Assembly: GCA_042408215.1 (NCBI GenBank)
Contig: JAYFMW010000020.1
Location: forward strand, 352,001 to 416,000
Length of the DNA stretch: 64,000 nt
Direction: 5' to 3'
DNA from: Microcoleus sp.
GTDB lineage: Bacteria; Cyanobacteriota; Cyanobacteriia; Cyanobacteriales; Microcoleaceae
Both the position numbers and the translations under genes were made by a program. The notes beneath the pieces are model-generated. The model worked only from the letters and a program-made list of their open reading frames with translations, did not search any database and had not been told where the DNA came from. Below, piece by piece: positions 42,211 to 53,864 of this stretch; position 1 is the first letter of the stretch; every line of letters begins with the position of its first letter.

Positions 42211-43362
42211 ATGAACCATCCTCAAGCAAGTAACTCACCCGTCCAAGCAGGAAGCAAGCTCAGTTTTTTTGAAAGATACCTCACCCTTTGGGTATTCCTT
42301 TGCATTTTAGGCGGTATTATTCTCGGTAGATTATTCCCCAGCGTCGCCGTCACCCTTGATGCTCTCAGCTTTTATCAGGTGTCAATTCCTATTGCCATTT
42401 GTCTATTTTTTATGATGTATCCCATCATGGTAAAAATTGACTTTACCCAGGCGGCAAATGCAGCGCGATCGCCCAAACCAGTGATCTTAACATTAGTGGT
42501 CAACTGGCTCATAAAACCATTGACAATGGTAGCATTTTCTCAGTTTTTCTTAGGTTGGCTATTTCGCCCCCTCATTACCGGCACAGAAATAATTCGTGGC
42601 AGTGAAGTCTCCATCGCTAGTTCCTACATTGCTGGTACAATATTATTAGGAATTGCCCCCTGTACTGCGATGGTTTTAATGTGGGGATATCTCTCCTACG
42701 GCAATCAAGGACATACCCTCGTTATGGTTGCTGTTAATTCCCTAGCCATGCTGTTTTTATATGCACCACTAGGGAGATGGCTGTTAGCAGCAAATGATTT
42801 AGTTGTGCCTTGGCAGACAATAGTATTGTCTGTATTCATTTATGTCGGTTTGCCCTTAGCCGCCGGAATGTATAGCCGTTTCTGGATTTTCAAACATAAA
42901 GGGCGAGAATGGTTTGAGCGAGAATTTATGCAATATCTGAGTCCAGTTGCTACCGCGGCCCTTTTGATTACGCTAATTCTTTTGTTTGCCTTCAAAGGAG
43001 AGTTGATTGTTAACAATCCTCTGCACATTCTCTTAATTGCTGTGCCTCTGTTTATCCAGACTAATTTCATTTTTATGATTTCTTATGTAGCAGCTTTAAA
43101 ACTCAACCTGTGCTACGAAGATTCAGCACCAGCCGCCCTGATTGGGGCCAGTAATCATTTTGAGGTGGCGATTGCTACGGCTGTGATGCTTTTTGGCTTA
43201 AACTCAGGTGCAGCATTGGCTACAGTTGTCGGTGTTTTAATTGAGGTTCCAGTGATGTTAATGTTAGTAGAATTCTGCAAGAAAACCGCATTTTGGTTTC
43301 CCCGCCAACCAGAAACAGCCTCACTGCGAGATCCCCGTTGTCGTCCTAATTTAAATAGCTAG
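42211..43362 (+). CDS. acr3: ACR3-family arsenite efflux transporter
   Basis: FFERYLT.W, MMYP, APCTAMV, SNHFE, GVLIEVP. Confidence 0.95.
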   Translation: MNHPQASNSPVQAGSKLSFFERYLTLWVFLCILGGIILGRLFPSVAVTLDALSFYQVSIPIAICLFFMMYPIMVKIDFTQAANAARSPKPVILTLVVNWLIKPLTMVAFSQFFLGWLFRPLITGTEIIRGSEVSIASSYIAGTILLGIAPCTAMVLMWGYLSYGNQGHTLVMVAVNSLAMLFLYAPLGRWLLAANDLVVPWQTIVLSVFIYVGLPLAAGMYSRFWIFKHKGREWFEREFMQYLSPVATAALLITLILLFAFKGELIVNNPLHILLIAVPLFIQTNFIFMISYVAALKLNLCYEDSAPAALIGASNHFEVAIATAVMLFGLNSGAALATVVGVLIEVPVMLMLVEFCKKTAFWFPRQPETASLRDPRCRPNLNS

Positions 43363-43368
43363 AATCTC

Positions 43369-44028
43369 ATGAATAAATTCACTCACAAACCGAGAATTCT
43401 GTTTTTATACGGCTCTTTAAGAGAGCGTTCTTATAGCCGCTTGTTGGCAGAAGAATCTGCTACAATTATTCAGAATTTCGGTGCAGAAGTTAGGTTTTTT
43501 AATCCTCTGGAATTGCCAATTTATGGTAGTGTTCCTGATACTCATCCCAAGGTTCAAGAGTTGCGGGAATTGAGCCTGTGGTCGGAGGGTCAAGTCTGGT
43601 CTAGTCCAGAAATGCACGGCAATATTACGGGCATTATGAAAAACCAAATTGACTGGATTCCTTTAAGTATTGGGGCTGTCAGACCGACTCAAGGCAGAAC
43701 TTTGGCGGTGATGCAAGTTAGCGGCGGTTCCCAGTCTTTTAATGCTGTCAATACTTTGAGAATTTTGGGCCGCTGGATGCGGATGTTTACGATTCCAAAT
43801 CAGTCTTCTGTTGCTAAGGCTTATCAGGAGTTTAATGAGGATGGAACAATGAAGGATTCGCCTTATCGCGATCGGGTTATTGATGTGATGGAGGAATTGT
43901 ACAAGTTTACTCTGTTGTTGCGGGAGGAAGTTGACTATTTGACCGATCGCCACAGCGAACGCAAGGAAAAAACGGCCAAAGAGACGATCGCCGTAGCAAA
44001 TAGCGCCCTTGAAACACGGGGCGATTGA
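43369..44028 (+). CDS. arsH: Arsenical resistance protein ArsH
   Basis: [30 protein letters not shown]. Confidence 0.96.
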   Translation: MNKFTHKPRILFLYGSLRERSYSRLLAEESATIIQNFGAEVRFFNPLELPIYGSVPDTHPKVQELRELSLWSEGQVWSSPEMHGNITGIMKNQIDWIPLSIGAVRPTQGRTLAVMQVSGGSQSFNAVNTLRILGRWMRMFTIPNQSSVAKAYQEFNEDGTMKDSPYRDRVIDVMEELYKFTLLLREEVDYLTDRHSERKEKTAKETIAVANSALETRGD

Positions 44029-44215
44029 AATCACCGGGCGATTGAAATCACCGGGCGATTGAAAATCGGGCGATTGAAATCACCGGGCGATTGAAATCGC
44101 GGCTACACAGACAAAACCCGCCTTCGCGGGTTGAAGAATCAAGAATTTTTCTTCAGTCTGCGGAGGCAGACTTCGTTTGTGTGCCCGTAAAACTTCGCGG
44201 TTTCTAACCGCCGAG
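44020..44215. repeat. REP doublet of the tnpA-associated family with short tandem expansions
   Basis: GGCGATTGAAATCGCGGCTACAC...CGCGGTTTCTAACCGCCG. Confidence 0.75.
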
Positions 44216-44249
44216 GCTAAAAATTAACAACTTACAACTAACCAAAACC

Positions 44250-44645
44250 ATGAAAAAAGTAATGTTTGTTTGCAAAAGAAACTCCTGCCGATCGCAAATG
44301 GCAGAAGGATTCGCTAAAACCATCGGAGCCGGCAAGATTGGAGTCACCAGTTCCGGGTTAGAATCAAGCAGAGTTCATCCGACAGCCATTGAAGTCATGT
44401 CTGAAATCGGCATTGATATCACAGATCAAACATCCAATCCGTTAGGCGAATTCAATGCAGAAGACTACGATGCCGTAATTTCTCTGTGCGGCTGCGGCGT
44501 GAATTTACCCGAAGCGTGGGTATTGCGAGAAGTGTTTCAAGATTGGCAACTCGACGATCCAGACGGACAACCCATTGAAACCTTTCACCGCGTGCGAGAT
44601 GAAATTAAAGCACGAGTTGAGAAATTAGTTGATTCTCTCAAATAA
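44250..44645 (+). CDS. arsC: Arsenate reductase, cyanobacterial LMW-PTP type
   Basis: CKRNSCRSQMAEG, SLCGC, DDP. Confidence 0.95.
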   Translation: MKKVMFVCKRNSCRSQMAEGFAKTIGAGKIGVTSSGLESSRVHPTAIEVMSEIGIDITDQTSNPLGEFNAEDYDAVISLCGCGVNLPEAWVLREVFQDWQLDDPDGQPIETFHRVRDEIKARVEKLVDSLK

Positions 44646-44651
44646 GAATTA

Positions 44652-44774
44652 CCCGGCGATTGAAATCGCGACTACAGAAACAAAACCCGCCTGCGCGGGT
44701 TGAAGAATCAAGGATTTCTCTTCAGTCCACGGAGGTGGACTTCGGTTGTGTAGACGCGGTTTCTAACCGCCGGG
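44652..44774. repeat. REP doublet (REPIN-like)
   Basis: CCCGGCGATTGAAATCGCGACTAC...GTAGACGCGGTTTCTAACCGCCGGG. Confidence 0.78.
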
Positions 44775-44871
44775 GCTTTGTAGGTTCCTCTGAATTCATG
44801 CTAAATTATGAGAGGCGTTCCACCAGAACGCCTCTAAATCTGTTGTGAACATAAACCAACCAGACTAGCAC

Positions 44872-45858
44872 ATGATTCAGACCGCAGTAACGCCTTTCAG
44901 AAACAAACTCAACTCAGCTTTAACTAAAAAGCAAATTACAGTTTTACAAATTAATCTAGGGAAACGCTGCAACCTTGCTTGCACTCACTGTCACGTAGAA
45001 GCTAGCCCGAAACGAACTGAGGAACTTTCACCAGAAATTTGCGACCAATTAATTGAAATAATTCGCAAATTTCCCCAAATTCAAACTGTTGACCTCACCG
45101 GCGGTGCTCCCGAAATGCTTTACGGTTTTAAACCGCTGGCGGAAGCTGCAAGGGCGACAGGAAAAGAGGTAATTGTTCGTTCTAATTTAACAATTTATTT
45201 TGAAAAAGGGTTTGAAGATATTCCCGAATATTGCGCGAAACACCAACTCAGAATTATTGCGTCTCTTCCCTGTTACCAAGCTGATAATGTTGACAAAATG
45301 CGCGGTAGTGGCGTTTTTGACAGTTCGATTCTGGCGCTGCAAAAGCTAAATCAATTAGGATATGGCAAAGATGCAGATTTAGTTCTGGATTTGGTTTATA
45401 ATCCGCAAGTGCCAACTACAGAAGATTTTTATCTGACAGCGGAACAGGGTAAGTTAGAGCGAGATTATCAGGTTTATTTAGAAGCACATTTTGGGATTGT
45501 TTTCAATCAATTGTTCACGATTACTAATTTGCCGGTGGGACGGACAAAGTTTCATTTGGAACACAAAAAGCTGCACCAACCTTATCTTGGGTTTTTGGAG
45601 GATAATTTTAATCCTAATACTGTGGAACATTTAATGTGTCGCAATGAATTGTCGATCGACTATTTGGGCAATGTCTACGACTGCGATTTTAACCAGATGG
45701 AAAATCGGCCGGCTAAAACTCGCACAGGTGAAACCATCACAGTCGCTAAATTGCTCGAAACTGGCAGTTTAGATTTGATTCAAGAGGTGCAAACTGCTGC
45801 TTATTGTTACGGCTGTACGGCGGGTTGCGGTTCTAGCTGCGGCGGCACTTTGATTTGA
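44872..45858 (+). CDS. arsS: Arsenosugar biosynthesis radical SAM protein ArsS-like
   Basis: CNLACTHCH, TGGAPE, YDCDFNQM, CYGCTAGCGSSCGG; ars context. Confidence 0.85.
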   Translation: MIQTAVTPFRNKLNSALTKKQITVLQINLGKRCNLACTHCHVEASPKRTEELSPEICDQLIEIIRKFPQIQTVDLTGGAPEMLYGFKPLAEAARATGKEVIVRSNLTIYFEKGFEDIPEYCAKHQLRIIASLPCYQADNVDKMRGSGVFDSSILALQKLNQLGYGKDADLVLDLVYNPQVPTTEDFYLTAEQGKLERDYQVYLEAHFGIVFNQLFTITNLPVGRTKFHLEHKKLHQPYLGFLEDNFNPNTVEHLMCRNELSIDYLGNVYDCDFNQMENRPAKTRTGETITVAKLLETGSLDLIQEVQTAAYCYGCTAGCGSSCGGTLI

Positions 45859-46072
45859 GAAGAAGGAAGTTCGGCAACGGATTTTGTAACGGATGTAACG
45901 GATTCGGCAACGGATTTTGTAACGGATGTAATGGATGTAACGCATGGATGGAAGAAGGAACAAGTCAGTTTTGTTACTAATAACCTTCCAGGCTATGCTT
46001 TTAATGCCCTAGGCCCTAGGCCCTAGGCCCTAGGCCCTAGGCCCATGTCATTTAGAGTAGAGAGTTGAAACA

Positions 46073-46801
46073 ATGAATGATTCTCGATCGCAAATCGCTG
46101 AAAATCCGCCGCCATCAAATCGGTGGAAGCTGATTTTAGGGATTGGTTTAGCTGTCGCCTTAATTGTGGCGGCCAAGTTTTTTAACTTTCAAGGAATTCT
46201 GAAAAATGCCCTGGAGTCGATCGGCAATCTCGGCCCTTGGGGCCCGGCAGCTTTTATTCTAATTTACATTGTGGCAACAGTTCTGTTTATTCCAGGTTCT
46301 TTGTTGACTCTGGGTGCGGGGGTTTTATTTGGAGTAGTTGGCGGTTCAATTTGCGTTTCTGTTGGTTCCACATTAGGAGCAGCCTGTGCTTTTTTAACAG
46401 GGCGATATTTAACTCGCGGCTGGGTTTCCAAGCAGATAGAAAACAATCAGAAATTCAAAGCCATTGACGAAGCAGTGAAGAGAGAAGGAGCGAAAATTGT
46501 TTTACTGACGCGGCTTTCTCCAATTTTCCCGTTTAATTTACTTAACTATGCTTTTGGAGTGACGCAGGTATCTTTTAAAGATTATTTTTTCGCATCTTGG
46601 ATCGGCATGATGCCCGCAACTGTCATGTATGTTTACATCGGTTCCCTGGCTGGGAGTTTGGCTGCACTGGGGGAAAAAGGGCGATCGCGCACGGCTGCTG
46701 AATGGGCTCTGTACGGCATTGGTTTGGTAGCAACGATCGCAGTCACCGTCTACGCCACCCGCATTGCCAAAAAAGCTTTAGACGAGAAAATTTCCCCTTA
46801 A
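46073..46801 (+). CDS. TVP38/TMEM64 (DedA/VTT) family membrane protein
   Basis: PGS..TLGAG, RLSP.FPFN.LNY..G. Confidence 0.9.
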   Translation: MNDSRSQIAENPPPSNRWKLILGIGLAVALIVAAKFFNFQGILKNALESIGNLGPWGPAAFILIYIVATVLFIPGSLLTLGAGVLFGVVGGSICVSVGSTLGAACAFLTGRYLTRGWVSKQIENNQKFKAIDEAVKREGAKIVLLTRLSPIFPFNLLNYAFGVTQVSFKDYFFASWIGMMPATVMYVYIGSLAGSLAALGEKGRSRTAAEWALYGIGLVATIAVTVYATRIAKKALDEKISP

Positions 46802-46937
46802 CGCTGTCCCATCAACTAGCAACTTTGTCAATACGGATTTTTGCTGAAATTAGAATACATTCCTAATTCAGAAAAATCCGTATTTTCCCTGTGTTTGTTA
46901 TAATTTGTGAGAGTGCAAACTAGATAGATATTAAAGA

Positions 46938-47055
46938 TATAGCCATTCTCTGTTCAATGAGGTAGGCTTGGGGATTGGGCATAGGGGATTGGGCATAGGG
47001 CATAGGGCATAGGGCATCGATCGGCTTGTACCTCATGCGGTTGAAAACCGCTATA
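46938..47055. mobile_element. TATAG...CTATA MITE with GGGCATA heptamers
   Basis: Same end family as 1946 and 37455. Confidence 0.62.
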
Positions 47056-47319
47056 TCGTAAAGCAACTATTAATTCTCAAATCTCAAATCTCAAATCGGC
47101 AAGCAACTATTAATTCTCAAATCTAAAATCTCAAATCGGCTGACCTCGATTGAAAGCATCCAGGGTACAAGCCCTCGGTACAGCCAGTGAATCAGCGAAA
47201 AAACCTGGTATCCGATCGACCAGAGAACGGATTTATGCCTTCGCCGGTTCAGGATGACATCAATTCTTTAATTCTTTAATCTAAAATCTAAAATGGATTG
47301 ACTCAAGAGAGAAAATTTG

Positions 47320-49812
47320 ATGATGCAAAACCCTGCAAATCAAGCCTGCGCTGTCTCTGCACAGCCACCCAAGCCAACGAAAAAGCTGCGCCATTTTTGG
47401 CAAAACCTCAGCGGTGCGGCTCAATCTCGCTGGCAGCAACTGCACAGTCTTTGGCTGCACAGACGGCAGCGTCGCCACCTGCTGACTCTGCTAATTCTGG
47501 GCAGCACGGCTTTAACAATTAGCGCTACTGCTTGCGTCAGCTATTTTTTTGTGCGCGGATTAATACTGGACAATTTAAAGGAAATAGCACTATTAAAACT
47601 AGAAAAAGGCAGCGACGAAATCGACCGCTGGCTGAGCAACCGCAAAGCAGAAATAGAAACCATCGCTTACTCTCCTACTATTCGTACTCTCAATTGGCAA
47701 TTAGCTGAACCAATTTTGCAAGGAGAAACATACAGGTTAAAAGAATATTTTGTCCTGTCATTAGTTCAAGCCGATGGCTCAGTGCAGAACACTTTAGGCA
47801 CTACCACCAACAGCAAAGACCGCAAACACTTTCAAAAGGCAATGGACGGAAAAGTAAACGTTTCTGACCCCCTCGTCGGCCGCAGCACAAAGCTTTCTAC
47901 AATCATAATTGCAGCTCCAATTTGGGCAATGCCTCCTACTCCCAACAAAGCAATTGGAGTCATTGCAGGCAGCATTAAAGTAGACCGAGTAGCAAATGTA
48001 GCGAACAGCTTGAGCTACGGTTCAGAAAGTTATGCTTTTGCGCTCAACTCAAAAGGAGTGCCAATTGTGCACCCGAATAATAACTTAACCGGAAATAGCG
48101 ACCCGCTGACCAATAGCTTTTTAAACTCAAAAGACCCCGCCTTAGCAGCAATTGCACGCAAAATGACCGATCGCCATACCAACATCGAACTGGTAAAAAT
48201 AGATCGCAAATGGGTTTATGTCGCCTATGCTCCCCTCGATGAAGTTAACTGGTCGATGGCTTTAGTAATTCCCCGCGAAAATATTGAATCTCAACTACAA
48301 GCATTAAATTTGTTGACATCCGTCGTCGCCGGACTGATCGGGCCGGCAATGCTAGCAGCAATTTGGCTAATTTACTCCTCCGAAAGCAATCGCGCTCAAG
48401 CCGAGCGAGAAGCCATGCTCAACCGCATTTCAGGACGGATTCGCGCTTCCCTAGAATTAGACCAAATCGTGCAAAGTACAGTAGAAGAAATAGTAAATTT
48501 GCTGCATCTAGAACGGGCTGGCTTTGGTTGGTACGAACCGCCACATCAAATGTTACAAATCCTGTGGGAATGTGGTCAATCTGACAATCCGAAACCAGTC
48601 AAAAAGTTTGCTCCTTACTGCATAAATAATTTGTCACTGCGGCTAGAAGAAAGCGAGCCAATTCTGCTTGGTAGCGACACTTTTGCAGAGGAAAACAATC
48701 AATCTTTACAGTTAAAAGCTAACAGTTATTTAGCTGTACCAGTCCTGACTCAAAGCCAGTCGCACGGTTATTTAATTTGCAGTCACGCTACTCATTGGTT
48801 TTGGAGTGGGGAGGAAATTCAACTGTTAAAAGCTGTGGCCGACCAATTGGCGATCGCCATTACTCAATCTCACCTTTACAGTCAAACTCAAGACCAAGTA
48901 AAACTTCTCAACAGCGCTTTAACTGAACTCAAAAAAACTCAAACTCATTTAGTTCAGAGCGAAAAAATGTCATCTCTAGGTCAAATGGTCGCTGGGATAG
49001 CCCACGAAATCAATAACCCAGTTAACTTCATTTTTGCTAATTTGCCCTACACCAGCAAATATCTTGAAGACTTATTGCAATTGGTGAGTTTATACCAACA
49101 AGCTTTTCCAGAGATTCCCCCGGAAATAGAAGATTTTGCAGCGTCGATCGATTTGGATTTTATCGAAGAAGATTTGCCCCAAATGTTGAGTTCTATGAAA
49201 ATAGGAACTGAACGGATTCGTCAGATAGTTCTTTCCTTGCGTAACTTTTCGAGACTTGATGAATCTGACAAAAAAATGGCGGATATTCACGAAGGTATTG
49301 ACAATACCTTGCTGCTGCTATCCAACCGCCTCAAAAAGGAAGTTTGTGTAGTCAAATACTACGGAAATATGCCCTTAGTAGAGTGCTATCCCTCTCAGCT
49401 CAATCAGGTGTTTATGAACTTGCTGAACAACGCGATTGATGCCTTGATCGAGAGCGATCGCCCGGATAAAATTATTACTATTTCCACGGCAGTATTTGTC
49501 AAAAATGGTACGAAGTTTCTCAAAGTGGCGATCGCCGATAACGGGTCTGGGATTCAAGACAGCGTTAAAGACCAAATTTTTAACCCATTTTTTACTACCA
49601 AGCCTGTTGGTAAAGGGACTGGTTTGGGGTTAGCTATTAGCTACAAAATTGTAGTTGACGGACATGGTGGCAGCATCGACGTTTCTAAACATCCGGGCGG
49701 CGGCACGGAGTTTTCTGTGGAGATTCCTATTCATAAGGGGAAGGAAGAAGTCAGAGGGAAGAAGCAAGAAGGAAGAGGGAATAAGTCAGCAGCAAAAAAC
49801 AGCTTTGTTTAA
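47320..49812 (+). CDS. Membrane sensor histidine kinase (dCache, GAF, HisKA, HATPase)
   Basis: Two TM segments, YVAYAP, AHEINNP, FFTTKPVGKGTGLGL. Confidence 0.9.
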   Translation: MMQNPANQACAVSAQPPKPTKKLRHFWQNLSGAAQSRWQQLHSLWLHRRQRRHLLTLLILGSTALTISATACVSYFFVRGLILDNLKEIALLKLEKGSDEIDRWLSNRKAEIETIAYSPTIRTLNWQLAEPILQGETYRLKEYFVLSLVQADGSVQNTLGTTTNSKDRKHFQKAMDGKVNVSDPLVGRSTKLSTIIIAAPIWAMPPTPNKAIGVIAGSIKVDRVANVANSLSYGSESYAFALNSKGVPIVHPNNNLTGNSDPLTNSFLNSKDPALAAIARKMTDRHTNIELVKIDRKWVYVAYAPLDEVNWSMALVIPRENIESQLQALNLLTSVVAGLIGPAMLAAIWLIYSSESNRAQAEREAMLNRISGRIRASLELDQIVQSTVEEIVNLLHLERAGFGWYEPPHQMLQILWECGQSDNPKPVKKFAPYCINNLSLRLEESEPILLGSDTFAEENNQSLQLKANSYLAVPVLTQSQSHGYLICSHATHWFWSGEEIQLLKAVADQLAIAITQSHLYSQTQDQVKLLNSALTELKKTQTHLVQSEKMSSLGQMVAGIAHEINNPVNFIFANLPYTSKYLEDLLQLVSLYQQAFPEIPPEIEDFAASIDLDFIEEDLPQMLSSMKIGTERIRQIVLSLRNFSRLDESDKKMADIHEGIDNTLLLLSNRLKKEVCVVKYYGNMPLVECYPSQLNQVFMNLLNNAIDALIESDRPDKIITISTAVFVKNGTKFLKVAIADNGSGIQDSVKDQIFNPFFTTKPVGKGTGLGLAISYKIVVDGHGGSIDVSKHPGGGTEFSVEIPIHKGKEEVRGKKQEGRGNKSAAKNSFV

Positions 49813-49994
49813 ACAGGACTTACGCATTGTAACGGTGTTGCAAAGGTTTGAGATTCTTGGCTTCCCTCAGAATGACATAATTAGGTTGTTAGTTCGTCCA
49901 GGACTATAAAGCTAACAGTCCTGGACACACTTCTTACCAAAGAAACCAGGTTGGTTATTATAATTATAACTATTAACACAGTGCAAGGAGTTTT

Positions 49995-50894
49995 ATGGCT
50001 GTTGGCAAGGATACAATTTTTGAGCGCTTTTTATCGCCCTTGATTCGACTGGCGATCGACGAAGCAGCAATCTCCCGATTTTACCAAAGTATCGACTGGG
50101 AACAAGCAGGCGATCGCCACCGACAACCAGACCTAGTGTATCCCGAATATTACAGTAGCCAAAACTTTCACGGCATTAAAGGCGGCTACCTCAACCCCAG
50201 TGCCGCCGTTTCCTACGATCCGATTACTCAATATGTTTTGCCTCCTCACGAAACAGTCGTCAGGCAAGGCTTAATTGACGCAATACGGGTTAAGCCGCGC
50301 CGAATCATCGATTTGGGATGTGGCACCGGTTCGACCACGCTCATGCTCAAGCAAGCCTTTCCTGAAGCGGAAGTTGTCGGCCTTGACTTGTCGCCTTATA
50401 TGCTGGTAGTTGCCGAAATTAAAGCCCAAAAAGCCGGATTGAATATCGAGTGGCGGCATGGTAATGCCGAAAGCGTGGGTTTTCCCGACGCTAGCTTCGA
50501 TTTAGTAGCAGCTTCCTTGCTGTTTCACGAGACGCCGCCTGCTGTATCGCGGGCAATTTTGCGAGAAAGTTTTCGGCTGCTGGGGGTTGGGGGACAAGTG
50601 GTAATTTTGGATGGGAACCAGAAAACTTTGCAGCAGACGGAGTGGCTGACAGAGGTATTCGAGGAGCCTTATATTAAGTCTTATGCTGCTGGGAGTGTCG
50701 ATGCTTGGATGGGGGCTGCTGGATTTGCTACAGTGCAAACTCAGGAACACTGGTGGGTGCATCAGGTGACGCAAGGCGTTAAACCTCTTCCGGGTGAAGA
50801 TTTGGAGCTGGTGCGGGCGGCGAGGGGATGGAGTCAGGGCGATCGCACTCCTGATTTTGGTGACGATTTACAAGGCTTTCCGGCTCCTGCTTGA
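49995..50894 (+). CDS. Class I SAM-dependent methyltransferase
   Basis: IDLGCGTG, GLDLSPYM, FDLV...FHE. Confidence 0.9.
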   Translation: MAVGKDTIFERFLSPLIRLAIDEAAISRFYQSIDWEQAGDRHRQPDLVYPEYYSSQNFHGIKGGYLNPSAAVSYDPITQYVLPPHETVVRQGLIDAIRVKPRRIIDLGCGTGSTTLMLKQAFPEAEVVGLDLSPYMLVVAEIKAQKAGLNIEWRHGNAESVGFPDASFDLVAASLLFHETPPAVSRAILRESFRLLGVGGQVVILDGNQKTLQQTEWLTEVFEEPYIKSYAAGSVDAWMGAAGFATVQTQEHWWVHQVTQGVKPLPGEDLELVRAARGWSQGDRTPDFGDDLQGFPAPA

Positions 50895-51167
50895 CAGTTG
50901 ATAGTTGACAGTTGACAGTTGACAGTTGACTAATGTTATTGGTTGTTGGTTATTAGCATCCTGAAGCGAGTAACAAATAACTAATGACTAATGACTAATG
51001 ACGTCGGACTCTTGGTTTGGTGCGTCGCTCATCGATTGTCGATTTTTTTAGGGATTTAAGAGTGGCGACGCACCCTACGACGTCGGACTAATGACTAATG
51101 ACTAATGACTGCTGACTAATGACTAATGACTAATAACTAATAACTAATCACAAAGAACTAATAACTA

Positions 51168-51890
51168 ATGACTCTTAAAGCAGTTTTATTTGATTTTAAT
51201 GGCGTTATTATTAATGACGAGCCGATTCACGAGCAAATAGTCGATCGACTGATGCTTGAGGAAAATCTCCAGCTCAAACGCGGGGAGTTTCGAGAAGTTT
51301 GTTTGGGGAGGAGCGATCGCGCTTGTCTTGTGGAACTGTTCAACCGTAGAGGACGTTTTCTGACAGAAGTTTACCTCCAACGGTTGCTACTCCGCAAAGC
51401 TCAAGCTTATCAGGCAAAAATAGATAGTCTGGAAACTTTGCCGATTTATCCGGGTTTAGCAGACTTTATTGCTCAAATTAGGGCTGAGGGACTCAAAATG
51501 GCGGTAGTTAGCGGTGCCATGCGATCGGATATAGAATTGGTGTTAAATCGGGCTGGTTTGGCAGAAAATTTTGAGTTAATTGTCGCAGGTGATGACAAGA
51601 CGGCGAGCAAGCCAGCACCAGACGGCTATTTGTTAGCTGTGGAACTTATGAATCAGAAATATCCAGACTTGAATCTGCGATCGGGGGAGTGTTTGGCGGT
51701 GGAAGATACTTTTGCTGGGATTCAAGCGGCCAAAAAAGCGGGGATTCAGGTAGTGGGCGTGACTCACACTTACCCGTTTCACATGATCCAGCGCCAAGCT
51801 AACTGGACGGTGGACTATTTTGCTGATTTAGAATTGGACAGGGTGGAAGAAATTTGTGCGATCGCCCCAACTGCACCGAAAGCAGAATAG
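51168..51890 (+). CDS. HAD family phosphatase
   Basis: FDFNGV, KP.PD, VEDT..G. Confidence 0.88.
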   Translation: MTLKAVLFDFNGVIINDEPIHEQIVDRLMLEENLQLKRGEFREVCLGRSDRACLVELFNRRGRFLTEVYLQRLLLRKAQAYQAKIDSLETLPIYPGLADFIAQIRAEGLKMAVVSGAMRSDIELVLNRAGLAENFELIVAGDDKTASKPAPDGYLLAVELMNQKYPDLNLRSGECLAVEDTFAGIQAAKKAGIQVVGVTHTYPFHMIQRQANWTVDYFADLELDRVEEICAIAPTAPKAE

Positions 51891-52016
51891 ACTTTACATT
51901 ATTGGCCGTTATGTGCTAATGTATATAACGGTCTGCGAAAGTGAGAGCGATCGCAAGCTGTAAGGCTTTTAGATTCGGTAATCCGACATCTAGAATCCTA
52001 AACTCAGCATCAATCA

Positions 52017-52089
52017 GGGGAATTAGCTCAGTTGGTAGAGCGCTGCGATCGCACCGCAGAGGCCAGCGGTTCGAGTCCGCTATTCTCCA
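52017..52089 (+). tRNA. tRNA-Ala (CGC)
   Basis: GGGGAAT/ATTCTCC acceptor stem with G3:U70, CTGCG-ATCGCAC-CGCAG anticodon arm, GTTCGAG T-loop. Confidence 0.95.
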
Positions 52090-52202
52090 TAAATCAGTGT
52101 CGCTTCGATTTGAGATTTGAGATTGAAGACTTCAGCGCCCGGAGCAATCCGGGGGCTTGTTTCGCAGTGCGATCGCCACCTGTTTTGTTAATCATAAGTT
52201 TT

Positions 52203-52244
52203 GTATCCAAACATACAACTATCTGCTTAATAGAGTCTTAATAT
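52203..52244 (+). promoter_or_regulatory. NtcA-activated promoter of the urt operon
   Basis: GTA-TCCAAACA-TAC, 22 nt, TAATAT. Confidence 0.85.
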
Positions 52245-52308
52245 CAAGTCGCTATATGTTATTATTCTAATAAATCTGACTCATCTATTCAGGAGTAACA
52301 AAAAAAGA

Positions 52309-53628
52309 ATGGCAAAGCGATTCGATCGGCGGAAATTTCTTTTATACAGTTCTGCTACCCTAACATCAAGTCTATTTCTAAAAGCTTGTAGAACTCCCAC
52401 CCCAATAGCAACTCCCTCAGCTTCTCCTTCTCCAACTGCAACAGCAGCAGCACCAGCAGCCAGCGGAAACACCATCAAAGTAGGCATTTTGCACTCATTG
52501 AGCGGCACAATGTCAATTAGCGAAAAAAGCGTTGTCGAGGCCGAACAATTAGCGATCGAAGAAATCAATAAAGCAGGCGGTGTCTTAGGAAAACAGATAG
52601 AAGCAATCGTAGAAGACGGCAACTCTGACTGGCCAACTTTTGCCGAAAAAGCCAAAAAATTGATCGATCAAGACAAAGTTGTCACCGTTTTTGGCTGCTG
52701 GACTTCAGCAAGTCGCAAAGCAGTATTACCAGTATTTGAAGAGAAAAATCATATGCTCTGGTATCCCGTACAATACGAGGGTCAAGAGTGTTCAAAAAAC
52801 ATCTTTTATACCGGGGCCGCACCGAACCAACAAATCGAACCAGCAGTTGACTGGCTGCTAGAAAATAAAGGTAAAAAATTCTTCTTAATCGGGTCAGACT
52901 ACGTGTTTCCCCGCACAGCGAATACCATTATTAAGGCACAGCTAGCCGCCAAAGGTGGCGAAGTAGTTGGGGAAGACTATATTCCTTTAGGCGGTACAGA
53001 AGTTACGCCAATTATTACTAAAATCAAAGCAGCTTTGCCAGACGGCGGAGTCATCTTCAATTCCCTGAATGGTGACAGTAACGTAGCATTTTTTAAACAG
53101 TTGCAGGGCGCTGGTTTAGGGCCGGATAAATATCCGTCAATGTCGGTCAGTATTGCCGAGGAAGAAGTAAAGGCGATCGGTGTAGAATACCTCAAAGGTC
53201 ACTACGCGGCCTGGAATTACTTCATGACTGTGGAATCTCCCGCCAATACAAAATTTGTCGAAGCTTTCAAGGCCAAATACGGCAAAGATCGAGTGACAAA
53301 CGACCCGATGGAAGCAGCTTATATCATGGTTTACCTGTGGAAGCAAGCCGTAGAAAAAGCCGGGGTAGCCGACGATTTAGAGAAAGTGCGGGCAGCAGCT
53401 TTGGGTCAAACTTTTGACGCGCCCGGTGGCCAAGTTACGCTGGAAGTTAACCATCACCTCTCTAAATTTGTGCGGTTGGGCGAAGTTAGAGAAGACGGTT
53501 TGTTTAACATAGCTTTTGCTACACCAGAAGCAGTGAAACCGCAACCTTGGAATCAGTTTGTAGAAGAAACTAAGGGCTTTTCTTGCGATTGGTCAGACCC
53601 CGCAAAAGGCGGCAAATTCAAAGCTTGA
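52309..53628 (+). CDS. urtA: Urea ABC transporter substrate-binding protein
   Basis: Tat signal [29 protein letters not shown]. Confidence 0.96.
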   Translation: MAKRFDRRKFLLYSSATLTSSLFLKACRTPTPIATPSASPSPTATAAAPAASGNTIKVGILHSLSGTMSISEKSVVEAEQLAIEEINKAGGVLGKQIEAIVEDGNSDWPTFAEKAKKLIDQDKVVTVFGCWTSASRKAVLPVFEEKNHMLWYPVQYEGQECSKNIFYTGAAPNQQIEPAVDWLLENKGKKFFLIGSDYVFPRTANTIIKAQLAAKGGEVVGEDYIPLGGTEVTPIITKIKAALPDGGVIFNSLNGDSNVAFFKQLQGAGLGPDKYPSMSVSIAEEEVKAIGVEYLKGHYAAWNYFMTVESPANTKFVEAFKAKYGKDRVTNDPMEAAYIMVYLWKQAVEKAGVADDLEKVRAAALGQTFDAPGGQVTLEVNHHLSKFVRLGEVREDGLFNIAFATPEAVKPQPWNQFVEETKGFSCDWSDPAKGGKFKA

Positions 53629-53864
53629 CAAGTTGAACGATAGTGAAACCCAACACTGATTAAGATCAAATTCATGAGGATCGGAATTATTCATCTCTCT
53701 TCTCTGACTCTGCGCGCTCTGCGTCCTCTGTGGTTTAATCATTCCGATTCAGCCCGAATTGATCTAATTAGATGTTTGATTTCGTTTCCCAACCCAACCT
53801 ACATTATTAACTAAGTTTTTATGATGTAAGTTGGGTTGAACGATCGGGAAACCCAACATTCATT

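Noticed and set aside
45820..45858. Selenocysteine in the ArsS C-terminus
   Set aside because: SSCGG is encoded with TGC; TGA is the terminal stop
47140..47262. Riboswitch upstream of the sensor kinase
   Set aside because: Some pairing (CATCC/GGATG), but I could not match any riboswitch consensus; needs an Rfam scan
49995..50894. arsM
   Set aside because: Lacks the multiple conserved cysteines of ArsM and is separated from the ars cluster
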